Below are positions 50,697 through 64,000 of a stretch of 64,000 nt of DNA, piece after piece. A program made the position numbers and the translations under genes. The DNA lies in assembly GCF_009914755.1 (NCBI RefSeq), contig NC_060925.1; one strand, 5' to 3'. The first letter of the stretch is position 1. Each line of letters opens with the position of its first letter. The notes beneath the pieces are model-generated. The model was not told the origin of the DNA. It did not search any database and saw only the letters and a list, made by a program, of their open reading frames with translations. Source of the stretch: the human T2T-CHM13v2.0 reference genome, Homo sapiens.

Positions 50697-51026
50697 TTTT
50701 CTTTTTTTTTTTTTTTTTTTTTTTTTTTTCTTTTTTTTTGGGGGGGGACAGAGTCTTGCTCTGTTTCCCAGGCTGGAGTGCAGAGGCACAAACTCGGCTC
50801 ACTACAGCCTCCGCCTCCCGGGTTCAAGTGATTCTCCTGCCTCGGCCTCCTGAGCAGCTGGGATTACAGGTGCCCGCCACCGTGCCCAGCTAATTTTTGT
50901 ATTTTTGGTAAAGACGGGGTTTCACCATGTTGGCCAGACTGATCTGAAACTCCTGACCTCAAGTGACCCACCCACCTCGGCCTCCCAAAGTGCTGGGATT
51001 ACAGGCATGAGCCACCACGCCCGGCC
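50697..51026 (-). mobile_element. AluS (Sx/Sz-like)
   Basis: Antisense dimer; TSD taatgtccc. Confidence 0.9.
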
Positions 51027-51150
51027 CAGTAATGTCCCCATTGTCATTTTTTATTTTAGCAATTGGAATCTTCTTTTTTCTTAGTCCATCTATCTACAAG
51101 TTTGACAATTTTGTTAATCTTTTCAAGAACGCAGCTTTTGGTTTCACTAA

Positions 51151-51453
<303 letters not shown>

Positions 51454-52730
51454 ACTAATCTCTCCTATTGCTTTCCTATTCTCTATTTCAGTTAACACTG
51501 TTCTAATCTTTATTATTTCCTTCCTTCTGCTAGCTTTGCATTTAGTTCTTCTTTATCTAGTTATTTCACTTTAAAGTTAGGAAACTCACTAATTTTGGTA
51601 TTAACTTCTTTATCAGATATTTTAGAATTAGACCTATCGATCATGTCATACTTTCCTCAGATTCATAACTGCATGATATAATAATCCTGTGTATTCGAGT
51701 CAAAAGACACAGGGACTCTAAAGCAAGTTCTTCATGCTCTGAAAGCATATTATTCTTTCCTTTTGTCTTTATGTGTCCTAGAAGTCATTAGACACAAAAC
51801 ATGGAGTTTCAAGGTTACTGTTAGAGAACATATCGTGAGTCTAATGGTTAATTACTTCCATATTATCTAAGTTTTACAAACCTCTGATGTATTCTTCCTT
51901 TGGTTTTATTGTTCCAAGCTTCACATCTGGGCTTCTCACAATGCCTGATTTTTATAGAAAGAACACAGTCATATAATAAAAAACACTGATGTCAGCACAC
52001 TGACATTCAACCCAGTGTTTTATCTGGGGCTCTGCTTCAGGCCACTGTTGCTGAATGCTGTGGACTCCATTCTCCAAGTGCACGTATTTGTTTTGTGCTT
52101 TAAAATAGCTAAATTATTATATATAACTACAACATAGAACTTTTAAAAATTCTGTAACTCAGGATTTTCACAATTCAGGTTGAGTCCCTCTATCCAGTCC
52201 AAATTCATCCAAATTTTACTGACTAGCCCTCAAACCTGAGAAATAGAAATGCCTCCTAACAGACACAGGCCGTCCGAAGGTCAATCAAATCCCATGGGAA
52301 TATGACAAAAAGCACCTTTCTCTGACAAGAGAGAGCCAGTAATTAAGGTCTCAGCCTTGTTCCCCTCATCTCTGCTTGGATCAGAATTCAGTTTTTCAAA
52401 TAATGCCCTATAAATGTTAAGCCAAAAACATAGGCAACACTCTACCGGGGTCAGTACCAGGACAAAGAACATCACATTTTATGGAATCTATCTTTACAAT
52501 CGTATTTTTATGCAAAAAAACTCAATGACTACTGTAGCTGGGACACCTCACAGTTGTTCCTGCTACATTCATTTTCATCCTTTTGACTTTTATAGGAAGA
52601 TTTTTTTTGAGAATTTTTAAAAATTATATATAAAGACATTTTTAGGAAATCTGAGCTGGTGTCCTCCTTTCATTCCTTAGAACCAGACAAGAAGGCAGGA
52701 ACAGTGAAGACAAAATACAATGCGCAAGAG

Positions 52731-52891
52731 CAGGGGCAGGCAACTGTTTTCTGTAAAGGGCAGCCTTCACAGGCCAAACCATCTCTACCGAAACTACTCA
52801 GCTCTGCTGCTGTAACAATAGACAAGACATGATACATACAAGAACGGCATGGCTCATTCTGGCACCCAGGCTTATAGTTTGCCTGCTCCTG
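52731..52891 (+). mobile_element. MER58A-like hAT DNA transposon
   Basis: caggggcaggcaactgttttctgtaaagggc...tagtttgcctgctcctg. Confidence 0.7.
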
Positions 52892-52907
52892 GCCAACAAC
52901 AAAGATA

Positions 52908-54554
52908 TGGAGTCTGATGCCCAAGTTTGAATACTAACTCTGTTTTTTACTAGCTGTATTAACACTGGCAAGTTATTTAATGTTTCTAGTGGAGTCTGAT
53001 GCCCATGTTTGAATACTAACTCCGTTTTTTACTAGCTGTATTAACACTGGCAGGTTATTTAATGTCTCTAGTGGAGTCTGATGCCCATGTTTGAATACTA
53101 ACTCTGTTTTTCACTAGCCGTGTTAACACTGGCAAGTTATTTAATGTTTCTAGTGGAGTCTGATGCCCATGTTTGAATACTAACTGTTTTTTCACTAGCC
53201 GTATTAACACTGGCAAGTTATTTAATGCCTCTAGTGGAGTCTGATGCCCATGTTTGAATACTAACTCTGTTTTTTACTAGCTGTATTAACACTGGCAAGT
53301 TATTTAATGTCTCTAGTGGAGTCTGATGCCCATGTTTGAATACTAACTCTGTTTTTTCACTAGCCGTATTAACACTGGCAAGTTATTTAATGCCTCTAGT
53401 GGAGTCTGATGCCCATGTTTGAATACTAACTCTGTTTTTTACTAGCCGTATTAACACTGGCAAGTTATTTAATGTTTCTAGTGGAGTCTGATGCCCATGT
53501 TTGAATACTAACTCTGTTTTTCACTAGTCGTATTAACACTGGCAGGTTATTTAATGTCTGTAGTGGAGTCTGATGCCCATGTTTGAATACTAACTCTGTT
53601 TTTCACTAGTCGTATTAACACTGGCAGGTTATTTAATGTCTGTAGTGGAGTCTGATGCCCAAGTTTGAATACTAACTCTGTTTTTCACTAGTCGTATTAA
53701 CACTGGCAGGTTATTTAATGTCTGTAGTGGAGTCTGATGCCCATGTTTGAATACTAACTCTGTTTTTTACTAACCGTATTAACACTGGCAAGTTATTTAA
53801 TGTTTCTAGTGGAGTCTGATGCCCATGTTTGAATACTAACTCTGTTTTTTCACTAGCCGTATTAACACTGGCAAGTTATTTAATGCCTCTAGTGGAGTCT
53901 GATGCCCATGTTTGAATACTAACTCCATTTTTTCACTACCCGTATTAACACTGGCAGGTTATTTAATGTTTCTAGTGGAGTCTGATGCCCATGTTTGAAT
54001 ACTAACTCTGTTTTTTCACTAGCTGTATTAACACTGGCAGGTTATTTAATGTCTGTAGTGGAGTCTGATGCCCATGTTTGAATACTAACTCTGTTTTTTA
54101 CTAGCCGTATTAACACTGGCAAGTTATTTAATGTTTCTAGTGGAGTCTGATGCCCATGTTTGAACACTAACTCCATTTTTTCACTACCCGTATTAACACT
54201 GGCAGGTTATTTAATGTTTCTAGTGGAGTCTGATGCCCACGTTTGAATACTAACTCTGTTTTTCACTAGCCGTATTAACACTGGCAGGTTATTTAATGTC
54301 TGTAGTGGAGTCTGATGCCCATGTTTGAATACTAACTCTGTTTTTTCACTAGCCGTATTAACACTGGCAAGTTATTTAATGTTTCTAGTGGAGTCTGATG
54401 CCCATGTTTGAATACTAACTACGTTTTTTCACCAGCCGTATTAACACTGGCAGGTTATTTAATGTTTCTAGTGGAGTCTGATGCCCATGTTTGAATACTA
54501 ACTCCGTTTTTTCACTAGCCGTATTAACACTGGCAGGTTATTTAATGTCTCTAG
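52908..54554. repeat. Minisatellite, 81-83 bp x 20, derived from a MIR segment
   Basis: 20 unit starts (tggagtctgatgccc) counted; the last unit runs into MIR core gtctcagtttcccatctgcaaaatgggg. Confidence 0.97.
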
Positions 54555-54680
54555 GTCTCAGTTTCCCATCTGCAAAATGGGGGTAATGAAAGTACTAATC
54601 TCATATGTCTAATATGGAGATGTACATATAAGCCAGTATGTGTAAAGTGATTAGCACATGGTAAATAATATGTTTACTAC
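54555..54680 (+). mobile_element. MIR 3' part (parent of the VNTR)
   Basis: ctcagtttcccatctgcaaaatgggggtaat...tatgtgtaaagtgattagcaca. Confidence 0.8.
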
Positions 54681-54794
54681 ATTAATATGTGAGCAAATAT
54701 ACATTAAAAAGTTGTTATTTTGTGAACTTGTAAATAGTTGAAATAATGCATTCAGCTTAGGCAACCTTGTTTCAAAAAAAAAAAGTGCAAGGTT

Positions 54795-55600
54795 TCAGAA
54801 AAGAAGATGTACAAATGACCAATAAGCCTATATATAAAACGCTCAACATCATTTATCAAGGAAATGCCAACTAAAACCACAATATAACGTCCTTGCACAC
54901 TGTTACAATGGCTAAAATTAAAAAGAGACTACATCAAATGCTGGTGAAGGTGCGGAGCAACTGCTGACTGGAATGCATCATCACTTTGGAAAATAGTTTG
55001 GCTGTATCTTATTTTAACATGTAAAAACAAGCAAACACCACCACCACCAACAACAACAACAACAACAAAAATGCTCTTATATGACCCAGCAATCTCACTA
55101 CTGGTATTTATCCAAGGGAAATAAACCACATGTCCACCCAAAGACTCATACATGAATATTCACAGCAGCTTTATTCACAATACCTAATCAGGGGAGACAA
55201 CACAGATGTTCATCAGCAGGTGAATGGATAAACAAATTGTGTTATCCCAATACAGACCACCGCTCAGTAATAAAGAGGAACAAACTACTGACACAAACGA
55301 CATGGATGAACCTCAGAATCATTATGCTAAGTGAAAAGAGTCAGACCACAGTCTATAACGTACAGTTCCATTTCTTCAAAATTCAAAACAGACAAAAGTC
55401 ATCTATAGATACAAAGCAGATCAGTGGTTGCTGCAGCCAGACGTGTAGGAGGATTGATACCAAAGGGACATATGGCAACTTTTGGGGTCACGGAAAGTTC
55501 TGTATCTTCATTGCCATGATAATCATCGTATATTATATTCATGGCATACATATTTGTTAATACCCAAAGTATATACTTAAAGTTTATTTAAATAAAAAGG
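54795..55600 (+). mobile_element. Old L1 (L1MB8/L1ME-like) 3' region
   Basis: aagaagatgtacaaatgaccaataagc...catggatgaacctcagaatcattatgctaagtgaaaagagtcagac. Confidence 0.78.
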
Positions 55601-55849
55601 TACAAAGAAAACAGAAATGAGGAAGGGAGTACAACTGCAAACAGCCAACTTTAAAAGGTGAGTAAGGAGCTCAGCACAGACCAAACCAACAACTGGGATT
55701 TTCAATGCCTCAGGTCGGCCTGGAGGCCCACAAGTGCTGTGAATGTGAAACCCAGGAACAAATCTCCTGGGTTACTCTCATGTATGTCGATGTCCCTTTC
55801 CGTCTCCCCTCTGTTTAAGAAAAAAAAAAAAGCTGAGAAGACAAACTTT

Positions 55850-56418
55850 AAGTTGGCCCCTCCCCTAAGACACCTAGCTACCTCCTTGGGGTGTGCAGGC
55901 CTTTGTACAATCCCCTCGCCTTGCCCCTTATGTATGGGCATGATCTGTGACTTGCTTCTAACAGAATATGGCAAAGGTATATGTCACTCCTGCCAATTAC
56001 ATTTCATAAAACTCCATCTTGCCATCAGATCTTCACTAGAAGCTCTTCTTGCTGACTTAATAAAGTACATGGTCATGTGGGGAAAGCCCTACCTGGGAAG
56101 GAACTGTGGGTGGTCTCCAGGAACTGTGGGTAGACTTCAGCCAAGAGCCGGCAAGAAGCCAGGGCCCTGAGTCCTACTGATGCAAGGAGATAAATTCTTT
56201 CAGTGGCCCAAGCGAGCTGGGAAGTGGCTTCTTCCCCGGATTTCCATACGAGAACACAGCCCAGCTGACACCTTGACGAGAGCTTTATGAGACCCTACAT
56301 GGAGGATCCAGGTGTGTGTGGACACCTGACCCACAGAAACCATACGATTAAAAAATATATGCTGCTTTAGGCCACAAAGTATGTGATAATTCATTATACA
56401 AAATAAAAAATATAAACA
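55850..56418 (+). mobile_element. MLT1E/F-like MaLR LTR
   Basis: gtgacttgcttctaacagaatatggcaaagg...cagctgacaccttga...cctgacccacagaaacc. Confidence 0.75.
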
Positions 56419-56709
56419 GAGGAGAAGATACCTAAATGGTTAAAAAGAAAAAACAATACACCCAATAAAGTCGGCATTTTCAGAACACAAGCGCTAGGCA
56501 GAGCTGCCTGACTGTTGTCAGGATCATGCAGCAACTTCTTTAACAAGTCATGCTGCCCTGTGTTCCTTCCTGACACCATGACAGGAGCAACCACTCAAGT
56601 CCAGCATCCTCTAGGCCCTAAAGTGCTACTACATGTGACTCACAGACTTCACAACAGTTCTAAGAGCACTGGAGAACAGTACCTACTGTCCTTTAAAGCC
56701 AGGGCCTTA

Positions 56710-57156
<447 letters not shown>

Positions 57157-58071
57157 CTACTCTACAGCTAAAGAGGAAGTGGGATGCAAGACAAAGGCAG
57201 TTATTTAACCTCTATAACATATTTAGCAGGAAGCTCAAATATGCAGACTATTGAACAGGGAAGAATAGAGTAGGGAGAGAAAAGACGATAGTGTAGTACC
57301 ATGGGGAAGAACAGTCCAAGAAGTGTGAATTGCTCTGCCAGGGACAGCCCTGCCTGTGACGCATCACACAACTTCTCTATAAAACAAGGCTTTATGATCC
57401 TTAAGGCGTCTTCCAGGTCTAAGAGTCTATCATTCTACATTATATAAAAATCTTTAGTTGAACAATTATAGTATCTTGGGGGGAAAGTGTACTAAGGCAT
57501 CAAGAAAACAATTTTATCTGCTAAGAGTACTTACTCGTAGTAAGTAAGATTAGTATGCAGAATTCTGAGTTTAGCACACACGATGTTCTTAGGATTTGGG
57601 AGCCTAGTCTTATAAATGTGAATGCCATACATTAGGTTGCAAAGAAAAGGCCATTCATATCCACGAAGATAACAAAGGAATATATATAGTAGCATGAGGT
57701 GATTTTATTTAAAGTTTAATGTCCTCAAGTAATCATTCCATGCTCAGTTTCTTATAACTGTAACTTGGAAATATTGACATTTCATATGCAAGCTATAACT
57801 AAAACTAACTTTTCTTTATAACCAGCTAGGAAAAAAATAGGCACAAAGTATTATTTTATAAAGTCTACCAAGTAACGAACATCAAAGAAATGCACATGAT
57901 ATAGTCAGGCTTTTTCTAGCACTTGTCAGTACAAGCCAGTTAGTGGAGTAAATCGGTTTGGCTGAAAGTCCTATGCTGCCATGCGACAGAAAAGAGAGCT
58001 AAACTATCCACATTCCATAGTTTACCTTCTGTCACTAATAATCTCCATCATCTACTTAAAAATCTTAGAGA

Positions 58072-58170
58072 AGCTGGGCACAGTAGCTACTTGGGAGGCT
58101 GAGGCAGGAGGATTGCTTGAGCCCAGGCGTTCGAGTCCAGCCAGTGCAACACAGTGAAATCTCCATTTCT
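58072..58170 (+). mobile_element. FLAM/Alu monomer fragment
   Basis: gctacttgggaggctgaggcaggaggattgcttgagcccagg. Confidence 0.7.
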
Positions 58171-59762
58171 CTCTTTAAAAGAATGTTAAAGACATCTACC
58201 TCAATTTTTGGCAATCTCCTACTGTAGCTTGAAATGTTAAAGCTTACATTTAGACTGTGCATGTCAGTTTCTATTATCATTCCACTTTACAGAGAATTAA
58301 AAAAACACTGTGCTTGCAACTTAAACTGGTATTAAACTGACCCCTGCTGGCCTCATCTTTTCTGTTTCTGCATTTATCAGATGCTGCAAGAGCTAACTGC
58401 ATTCTATAGTTCAACCTATATTTGATCAGGCTGCCACCTCAAAAACAAAACGTGGGACAAAGATGGCTAGTTGTACCAAATTCCAAATGGAAGGATGCCT
58501 TCCTCAGACCTTTGTCTATTTTATTTGCAAAAACCTAGCAATTAAAATCACACTAATATTCCAAAGAAGTATCTCCTATAGCCTATGAATTTATTCTAAA
58601 ACCTAATGCACTCAATAGACATTTACAGATTTCTCAAAGACTGCCGGGAAATAAAGATTTTTCTAATCACAGCACCTGCCCTCCAGGTACTTACAGGCAT
58701 TTATGAGTCATTGAAAAGATACATCTGAGAATTCAATTCTAGCATATCATTGGACACCACACAGGTGAGAAGGAAGTGGGGTCCCCATTCAGCCCGTGGT
58801 AGAGCCTGCCTCACTGGTGCCAGGTCACTTGAGATTCGTTACTGAAATGGCCCAGGACAATGTGTTCTCTTCCTTCTTTGTGAACTCACTGTGCTTTATG
58901 AATTATAATGGCTGCCATTGATTGGCAACCTACTATGTGCCAGAGACTACTACAGTTAGGTGCTTTCCACACACTATCACATTTACCCTACTCAGTAACT
59001 CTGTGAGATAGGTGATTTTATGCTCAAGCTTGTATCATGGGTGAGTAAAGCTCTGTGAGAATACTGATCATATCATACCGCAATGTTTTTCCTTTAAAGA
59101 GATGTTTCTCCTCTAAACAACAGCAAACACCTTAAGCACAGGAAATTACGTTATTGTCATCTCTGTATCCTCAGAACCTCATATACCTCAGTAAAGGCAC
59201 ATAGTAGGCACTCTAAAAACATCTGCAAAACATACAAATGAAAATATTATTGAAAGAATGTAGCTACTAAATACATACTATGGGCATAACCTATGCTTAG
59301 GCACTGAGAAAACAGTGGAGGAAAAGAAAGAAGAGGCAAAGGCTTTGATTCCTGAGCACAGACACCCATACGTGACTATGGAAAGAAAAGGAGAAGTTCC
59401 AAGACATAAGTAAACAGAATGCTATGTCAATACAGCTCATACTACCAGTCAGCTCAAAATCAAACAGAAAAAGGACTCCTAAATCAGAGGACAATGACAC
59501 ACTGGTGCTGGGCTATTGGAAATGAAACCTATTAAAGAGGAAAAAAGAGAGAGGAGGTAGAATGTCATTAAATTCCTTTCTGTTTTTGTAACATATCTAC
59601 AAGACCAAATGATGTGAAAAATAGTTCTGCAAGACGGGGACTATGTGAATCCAGTTTTAAAGGTCCAAATATGTATACTTTACTTATATAGATCATGGCA
59701 TAGTAGGAAAGACAGAAGATCATAAAAACAAATATAATGTAGAGGTCTAAAAATTGTTTCCT

Positions 59763-60120
59763 GGTCAGGTGCAGTGGTTCATGCCCGTAATCCTAGCACT
59801 TTGGGAGGCCAAGCCAGGAGGACTGCTTGAGCCCAGGAGTTTGAGACCAGCCTGGGCAACATGGCAAGACCCTCATCTCTACAAAAAAAAAAAAAAAAGC
59901 AAAAAAATTAGCTGGGGGTGGTGTTGCCCACCTGTAGGCCCAGCTACTCAAAAGGCTGAGATGGAAGGATCGCTTGATCCCAGGAGGTCGGGGCTGCAGT
60001 GAGCTGTGGGCCAAGGTGGCGTCACTGTGCTGCAGCCTAGGCAACAGGGCAAGACCCTGTCTCAAAAAAATTAATAATAATTTTAAAAAATAAAATTATT
60101 TGTTCCAAAAAAAAAAAAGC
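59763..60120 (+). mobile_element. AluJ
   Basis: ggaggactgcttgagcccaggagtttgag diagnostic. Confidence 0.9.
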
Positions 60121-60709
60121 TGCATGTATTTTTCTTTTCTTTTGCTTACCTATCATTATTTTTCCACATCTCTTTTCTTGGTACTTCAGACAGATGAAGA
60201 TAAATGAAGCACAGTAGTTAACTTCTTTGTTTGGATACAAAAAATCTTCTGTATCAACAATATTGTTATGCAAGCACTTTAAATGTTGCTTCTAGCAGAT
60301 GAGACTTCTGCTTCAACATATGTTATGGGGAAAAATGATAAAAATTTATTCATGACTAGAATAACTGAACAGTCAACAAAATCTAACTAGAAAATGTAAT
60401 AAATCAACCTGGTTTGTTGCAGTTGTTAATTATCTAAAGTAAACTGAAGATCCAGTCTCTCACTCCAAACAAGAATAAATAATCCCAGATTCTCAGCACT
60501 GTCAATACTTTCTATATCATCCTACCACTGCTGCAAACTTCTTCCTTCAGAGTGATCGGAATTTAACTTCCTCTGCCTGCACCTTCCCTGAGACAGGAAA
60601 AGCCACAAAAGAAATAAGGAGCTCTAAAGGTTCTTCTGCTCAACAATGGCACCTTAAAAATCTAAAACTTACTGAGGGAGCATGTAACCCCCCATAGAAA
60701 ATAAAACAG

Positions 60710-60910
60710 TGGTCAAGCTTTTGGGATCTGGACTCAGGGTGGCTTGGGTTCACACCACAGTTCTACAAATGTAATCTTGGGCATGTCATCTACTTTCCTA
60801 AGCCAGAGATAATAACATTGCCAAGAGTGTAACAGTGAGTGATCATATGCACAGAGCTTAGCATTTTACCTGGAACCTATGTGTTTCATGAGCATGAGCT
60901 ATTGCCATTA
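60710..60910 (+). mobile_element. MIR fragment
   Basis: gggttcacaccacagttctac...tcttgggcatgtcatctactttcctaagcc. Confidence 0.6.
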
Positions 60911-61972
60911 TTACATCCCCTTTGCTACATCCCTCCCAAAGTCCTACCATCGACTCGCAATCTGAACAAAGAGAAAGGACCTCAAAATCCTTACTCTGGC
61001 TAAACTGGGCTTTAAATGTGTCAGATGTGTCCATCTTGCTTTCCTTCCTCACCACCCCTGCCTGCCAATAATCAGAGCCATGGAAAAGCTTCCCTTGCTC
61101 ATGCATAAATAACGTCCTCATTCATATATACCTGTGTATGTTTAATTACAGTAACTAGAGGTCTCAAAATAACTCATATGGTTCTAATTTCAAATATTTA
61201 AAGCTCTTAATGACACTTGCTTCTGTGAGACCAGAAGAAATATAATTGCCACAGCGATAACATCTAAAGCCCAAGATCATTTCTCCCAGAACTTATAGCA
61301 CTCACAGAAATCGACCAGGATCTGCTTGCAGTATCTTTTAGAATTTCTGTCTCCCACTGACACAACCGAGTCATAAACAAAAACTGCAGCACTTGCCAGC
61401 TTTCACAGCCCATGACAACTGTGAGTTACACACAACCTTCAGGTACACCATTCACCCTAATAACTGATTTCAAAATAACAAAAGGAAGTCAAGCATTTAA
61501 ATGTAGCACATTAATATTTGACTAAAATAGCATATCAACCAGTAGAAAAATCAAACAAGGTAAATTACTCATGAAAGAAGAACTACATGAATTTCTCAGA
61601 AACGAAGTCTTGCTGGAGAGGTACATGCCATGTCACTTGCAACCAAAAGTACTTCCTCAGAGCCAATATCAAAAGCACCGGTGAGTATGCTGCAAAACGG
61701 CATAGCAGGCTGTCAGATGCTGCATATCAGCTACTTGAGCAGTTAGATTAAGCTTTCCCAACAGGCAAGTGCTGCAGTACTTCTGCATCTAGCATCTGGT
61801 AATGTGTTGCAAACGCAGAACAAAGAAAGCAGCAGGCTCCGAAATCTTTCAGCTTTCCTTTGACCATCTGCAGCACTTAAACACTTCAGGGTTACCAGGT
61901 CAGCAACGTGAATTCTCTCAATACCATGAAACATGAGCAAAATTTCCATTCTCTGAGGTTTCTAATTCTTTT

Positions 61973-62273
61973 CTTTTTCTTTTTTTTTTTTTGAGACGGA
62001 GTCTCACTCTTTCGCCCAGACCAGACTGCAGTGGCTTGATCTCGGCTCACTGCAAGCTCCGCCTCCTGGGTTCACGCCATTCTCCTGCCTCAGCCTCCTG
62101 AGTAGCTGGGACTACAGGCACCCGCCACCACACCCGGCTAATTTTTTGTATTTTTAGTAGAGACGGGGTTTCACCATGTTAGCCAAGATGGTCTCGATCT
62201 CCTGACCTCGTGATCCGCCCACCTCAGCCTCCCAAAGTGCTGGGATTACAGGCATGAGCCACCGCGCCCAGCC
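61973..62273 (-). mobile_element. AluY (Yh-like variant)
   Basis: AluY diagnostics plus ctttcgcccagaccagactgcagtgg; TSD tctaattctttt. Confidence 0.93.
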
Positions 62274-62281
62274 TCTAATTC

Positions 62282-63736
62282 TTTTATTTTTCTTTACTTT
62301 TTCTGATTGTATTGAGATAATCAAATGATTTTTCTCCTTAAGGGAGTATGGTAAATTGTATTAATAGGTTTCTAATGTGAAACCAGCCTTACATTATTGG
62401 AAGAAAACACAATCTGGTCATGTTGCTTTTAAATTATTTGCTGGATTCAGGTTGCTAATATTTTATTTAGGATTTTAAAAACTCATGTTTACTAGTGATA
62501 TTGACTAGTAACTGCCTTTCCTTTTTTTTTTTTTATTTCCATAGGTTTTTGGGGAACAGGTGGTATTTGGTTACATGAGTAAGTTCTTTAGCGGTGATTT
62601 GCGAGATTTTGATGCACCCATCACCCGAGCAATATACACTGAACCGAATTTGTGGTCTTTTATCCCTCACCTCCCTCCACCCTGTCCCCCAGGTCCCCAA
62701 AGTCCATTGTATTATTCTTATGCCTTTGCACCCTCATAGCTTAGCTCTCACTTATGAGTGAGAACACACAATGTTTGGTTTTCCATTCCTCAGTTACTTC
62801 ACTTAGAACAACAGTCTCCAGTTGCATCCAGGTTGCTGCAAATGCCATTAATTCATTCCTTTCTATGGCTGAGTAATATTCCATCATGTATATATACCAC
62901 AATTTCTTTATCCACTCATTGACTGATGGGCATTTGGGCTGGTTCCATATTTTTGCAATTGTGAACTCTGCTGGTACAAACATGCGAGTGCAAGCCACAT
63001 GCAGGAGAATAACTGGATCCTCACCTCTCACCTTATACAAAAATCAACTCAAGATGGATTAAGGACTTAAATCTAAGACCTGAAACTATAAAAATGCTAC
63101 AAAAAAAAAATTGGAAAAACCCTTCTAGACACTGGCTTAGGCAAAGACTTCATGACCAAGAACCCAAAAGCAAATGCAACAAAAACAAAGATAAATAGAT
63201 GGGACTTAATTAAATTAAAGAGTTTTGGCATGGCAAAAGGAACAGTCAGCAGAGTAAACAGACAACCCACAGAATGGGAGAAAATCTTCACAATCTATAC
63301 ATCCAACAAAGGACTAATATCCAGAATCTACAAGAAACTCAAACAAATTAGCAAGAAAAAAACAATCTCACCAAAAAGTGGGCTAAGGATACGAATAGAC
63401 AATTCTCAAAAGAAGATATAAATGGCCAGCAAACATATGAAAAAATGCACAACCTCACTAATGATCAGGGAAACAAAAATCAAAATCACAATGCAATACC
63501 ACCTTTCTCCCGCAAGAATGGCCATAACCAAAAAAATTTAAAAAAAATAGAAGTTGGCATGGATGCTGTGAAAAGGGAACACTTCTACACTGCTGGTGGG
63601 AATGTAAACCAGTACAACCACTATGGAAAACAGTGTGGAGATTCCTTAAAGAACTAAAGTAGAACTACCATCCAGCAATCCCACTACTCGGTATCTACCC
63701 AGAGGAAAAGAAGTCATTATATGAGAAAGACACTTG
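62282..63736 (-). mobile_element. L1PB1-like insertion with 5' inversion (62993-63736 on +) and probable 3' transduction (~62295-62521)
   Basis: 3' end tatttccataggtttttggggaacaggtgg; orientation flips at caag|ccacatg; TSD tgaggtttct(a/g)attct at 61954-61969 and 63735-63750. Confidence 0.88.
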
Positions 63737-63821
63737 AGGTTTCTGATTCTAAAGTAAAACCTCCATCCCACAAAAAGCTTAATAAAGGATAATAACAAAA
63801 CCTTGCTTTGCCAGCACTTTT

Positions 63822-63890
63822 GTTTAAATTTTTGTTTTTAAGTTCCAGGATACATGCGCAGGATGTGCAGATTTGTTACATAGGTAAACA
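63822..63890 (-). mobile_element. Extremely 5'-truncated L1PA 3' end (~70 bp)
   Basis: aagttccaggatacatgcgcaggatgtgcagatttgttacataggtaaac between cagcactttt TSDs. Confidence 0.8.
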
Positions 63891-64000
63891 CAGCACTTTT
63901 TTTTTAATCTGACAAATCACAAATCACCACACAGCTCCCATCAATGCCTCTTAAAAACAAATATTTTCCACTGTCTTAGGGAAGTCCCAATTTCTTTAAA

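Noticed and set aside
55658-56170. 170-aa + strand ORF
   Set aside because: Mostly overlaps an MLT1 LTR, starts at GTG, no coding signature

Overview
Primate (very probably human) non-coding genomic DNA, rich in repeats, with no convincing protein-coding exon. Most of it reads as the inside of a very large intron. Its host gene is probably on the minus strand, judged by eye from A/C-rich unique sequence on + and a few minus-strand exon-like segments. My recollection points to a distal-chromosome locus such as SMYD3 intron 1 at 1q44, but I cannot verify that and give no symbol. Contents: about 20 Alu/FLAM copies, two L1 insertions with 5' inversions, a near full-length old L1PA15/16, older L1M/L2/MIR fragments, five solo LTRs (MLT1A-like, MLT2A2, MSTA-like, MER41A, MLT1E-like), MER3/MER58 DNA transposons and three minisatellites (48/49 bp x ~61, 31 bp x 11, MIR-derived 81-83 bp x 20). 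The long ORFs in the track are L1, Alu or VNTR artefacts. I found no new gene system. The notable signals concern genome dynamics: (1) two L1 insertions each combine a twin-priming inversion with a 3' transduction, and in one the target-site duplication (TSD) is masked by a later AluY; (2) a ~210 bp local duplication has 10 of 11 substitutions differing as A/T versus G/C in one direction, suggesting GC-biased gene conversion; (3) several templated-insertion repair scars; (4) minisatellites that visibly arose from a MIR and by CpG gain. Repeat subfamily calls come from memory of consensus sequences and need RepeatMasker/Dfam confirmation.
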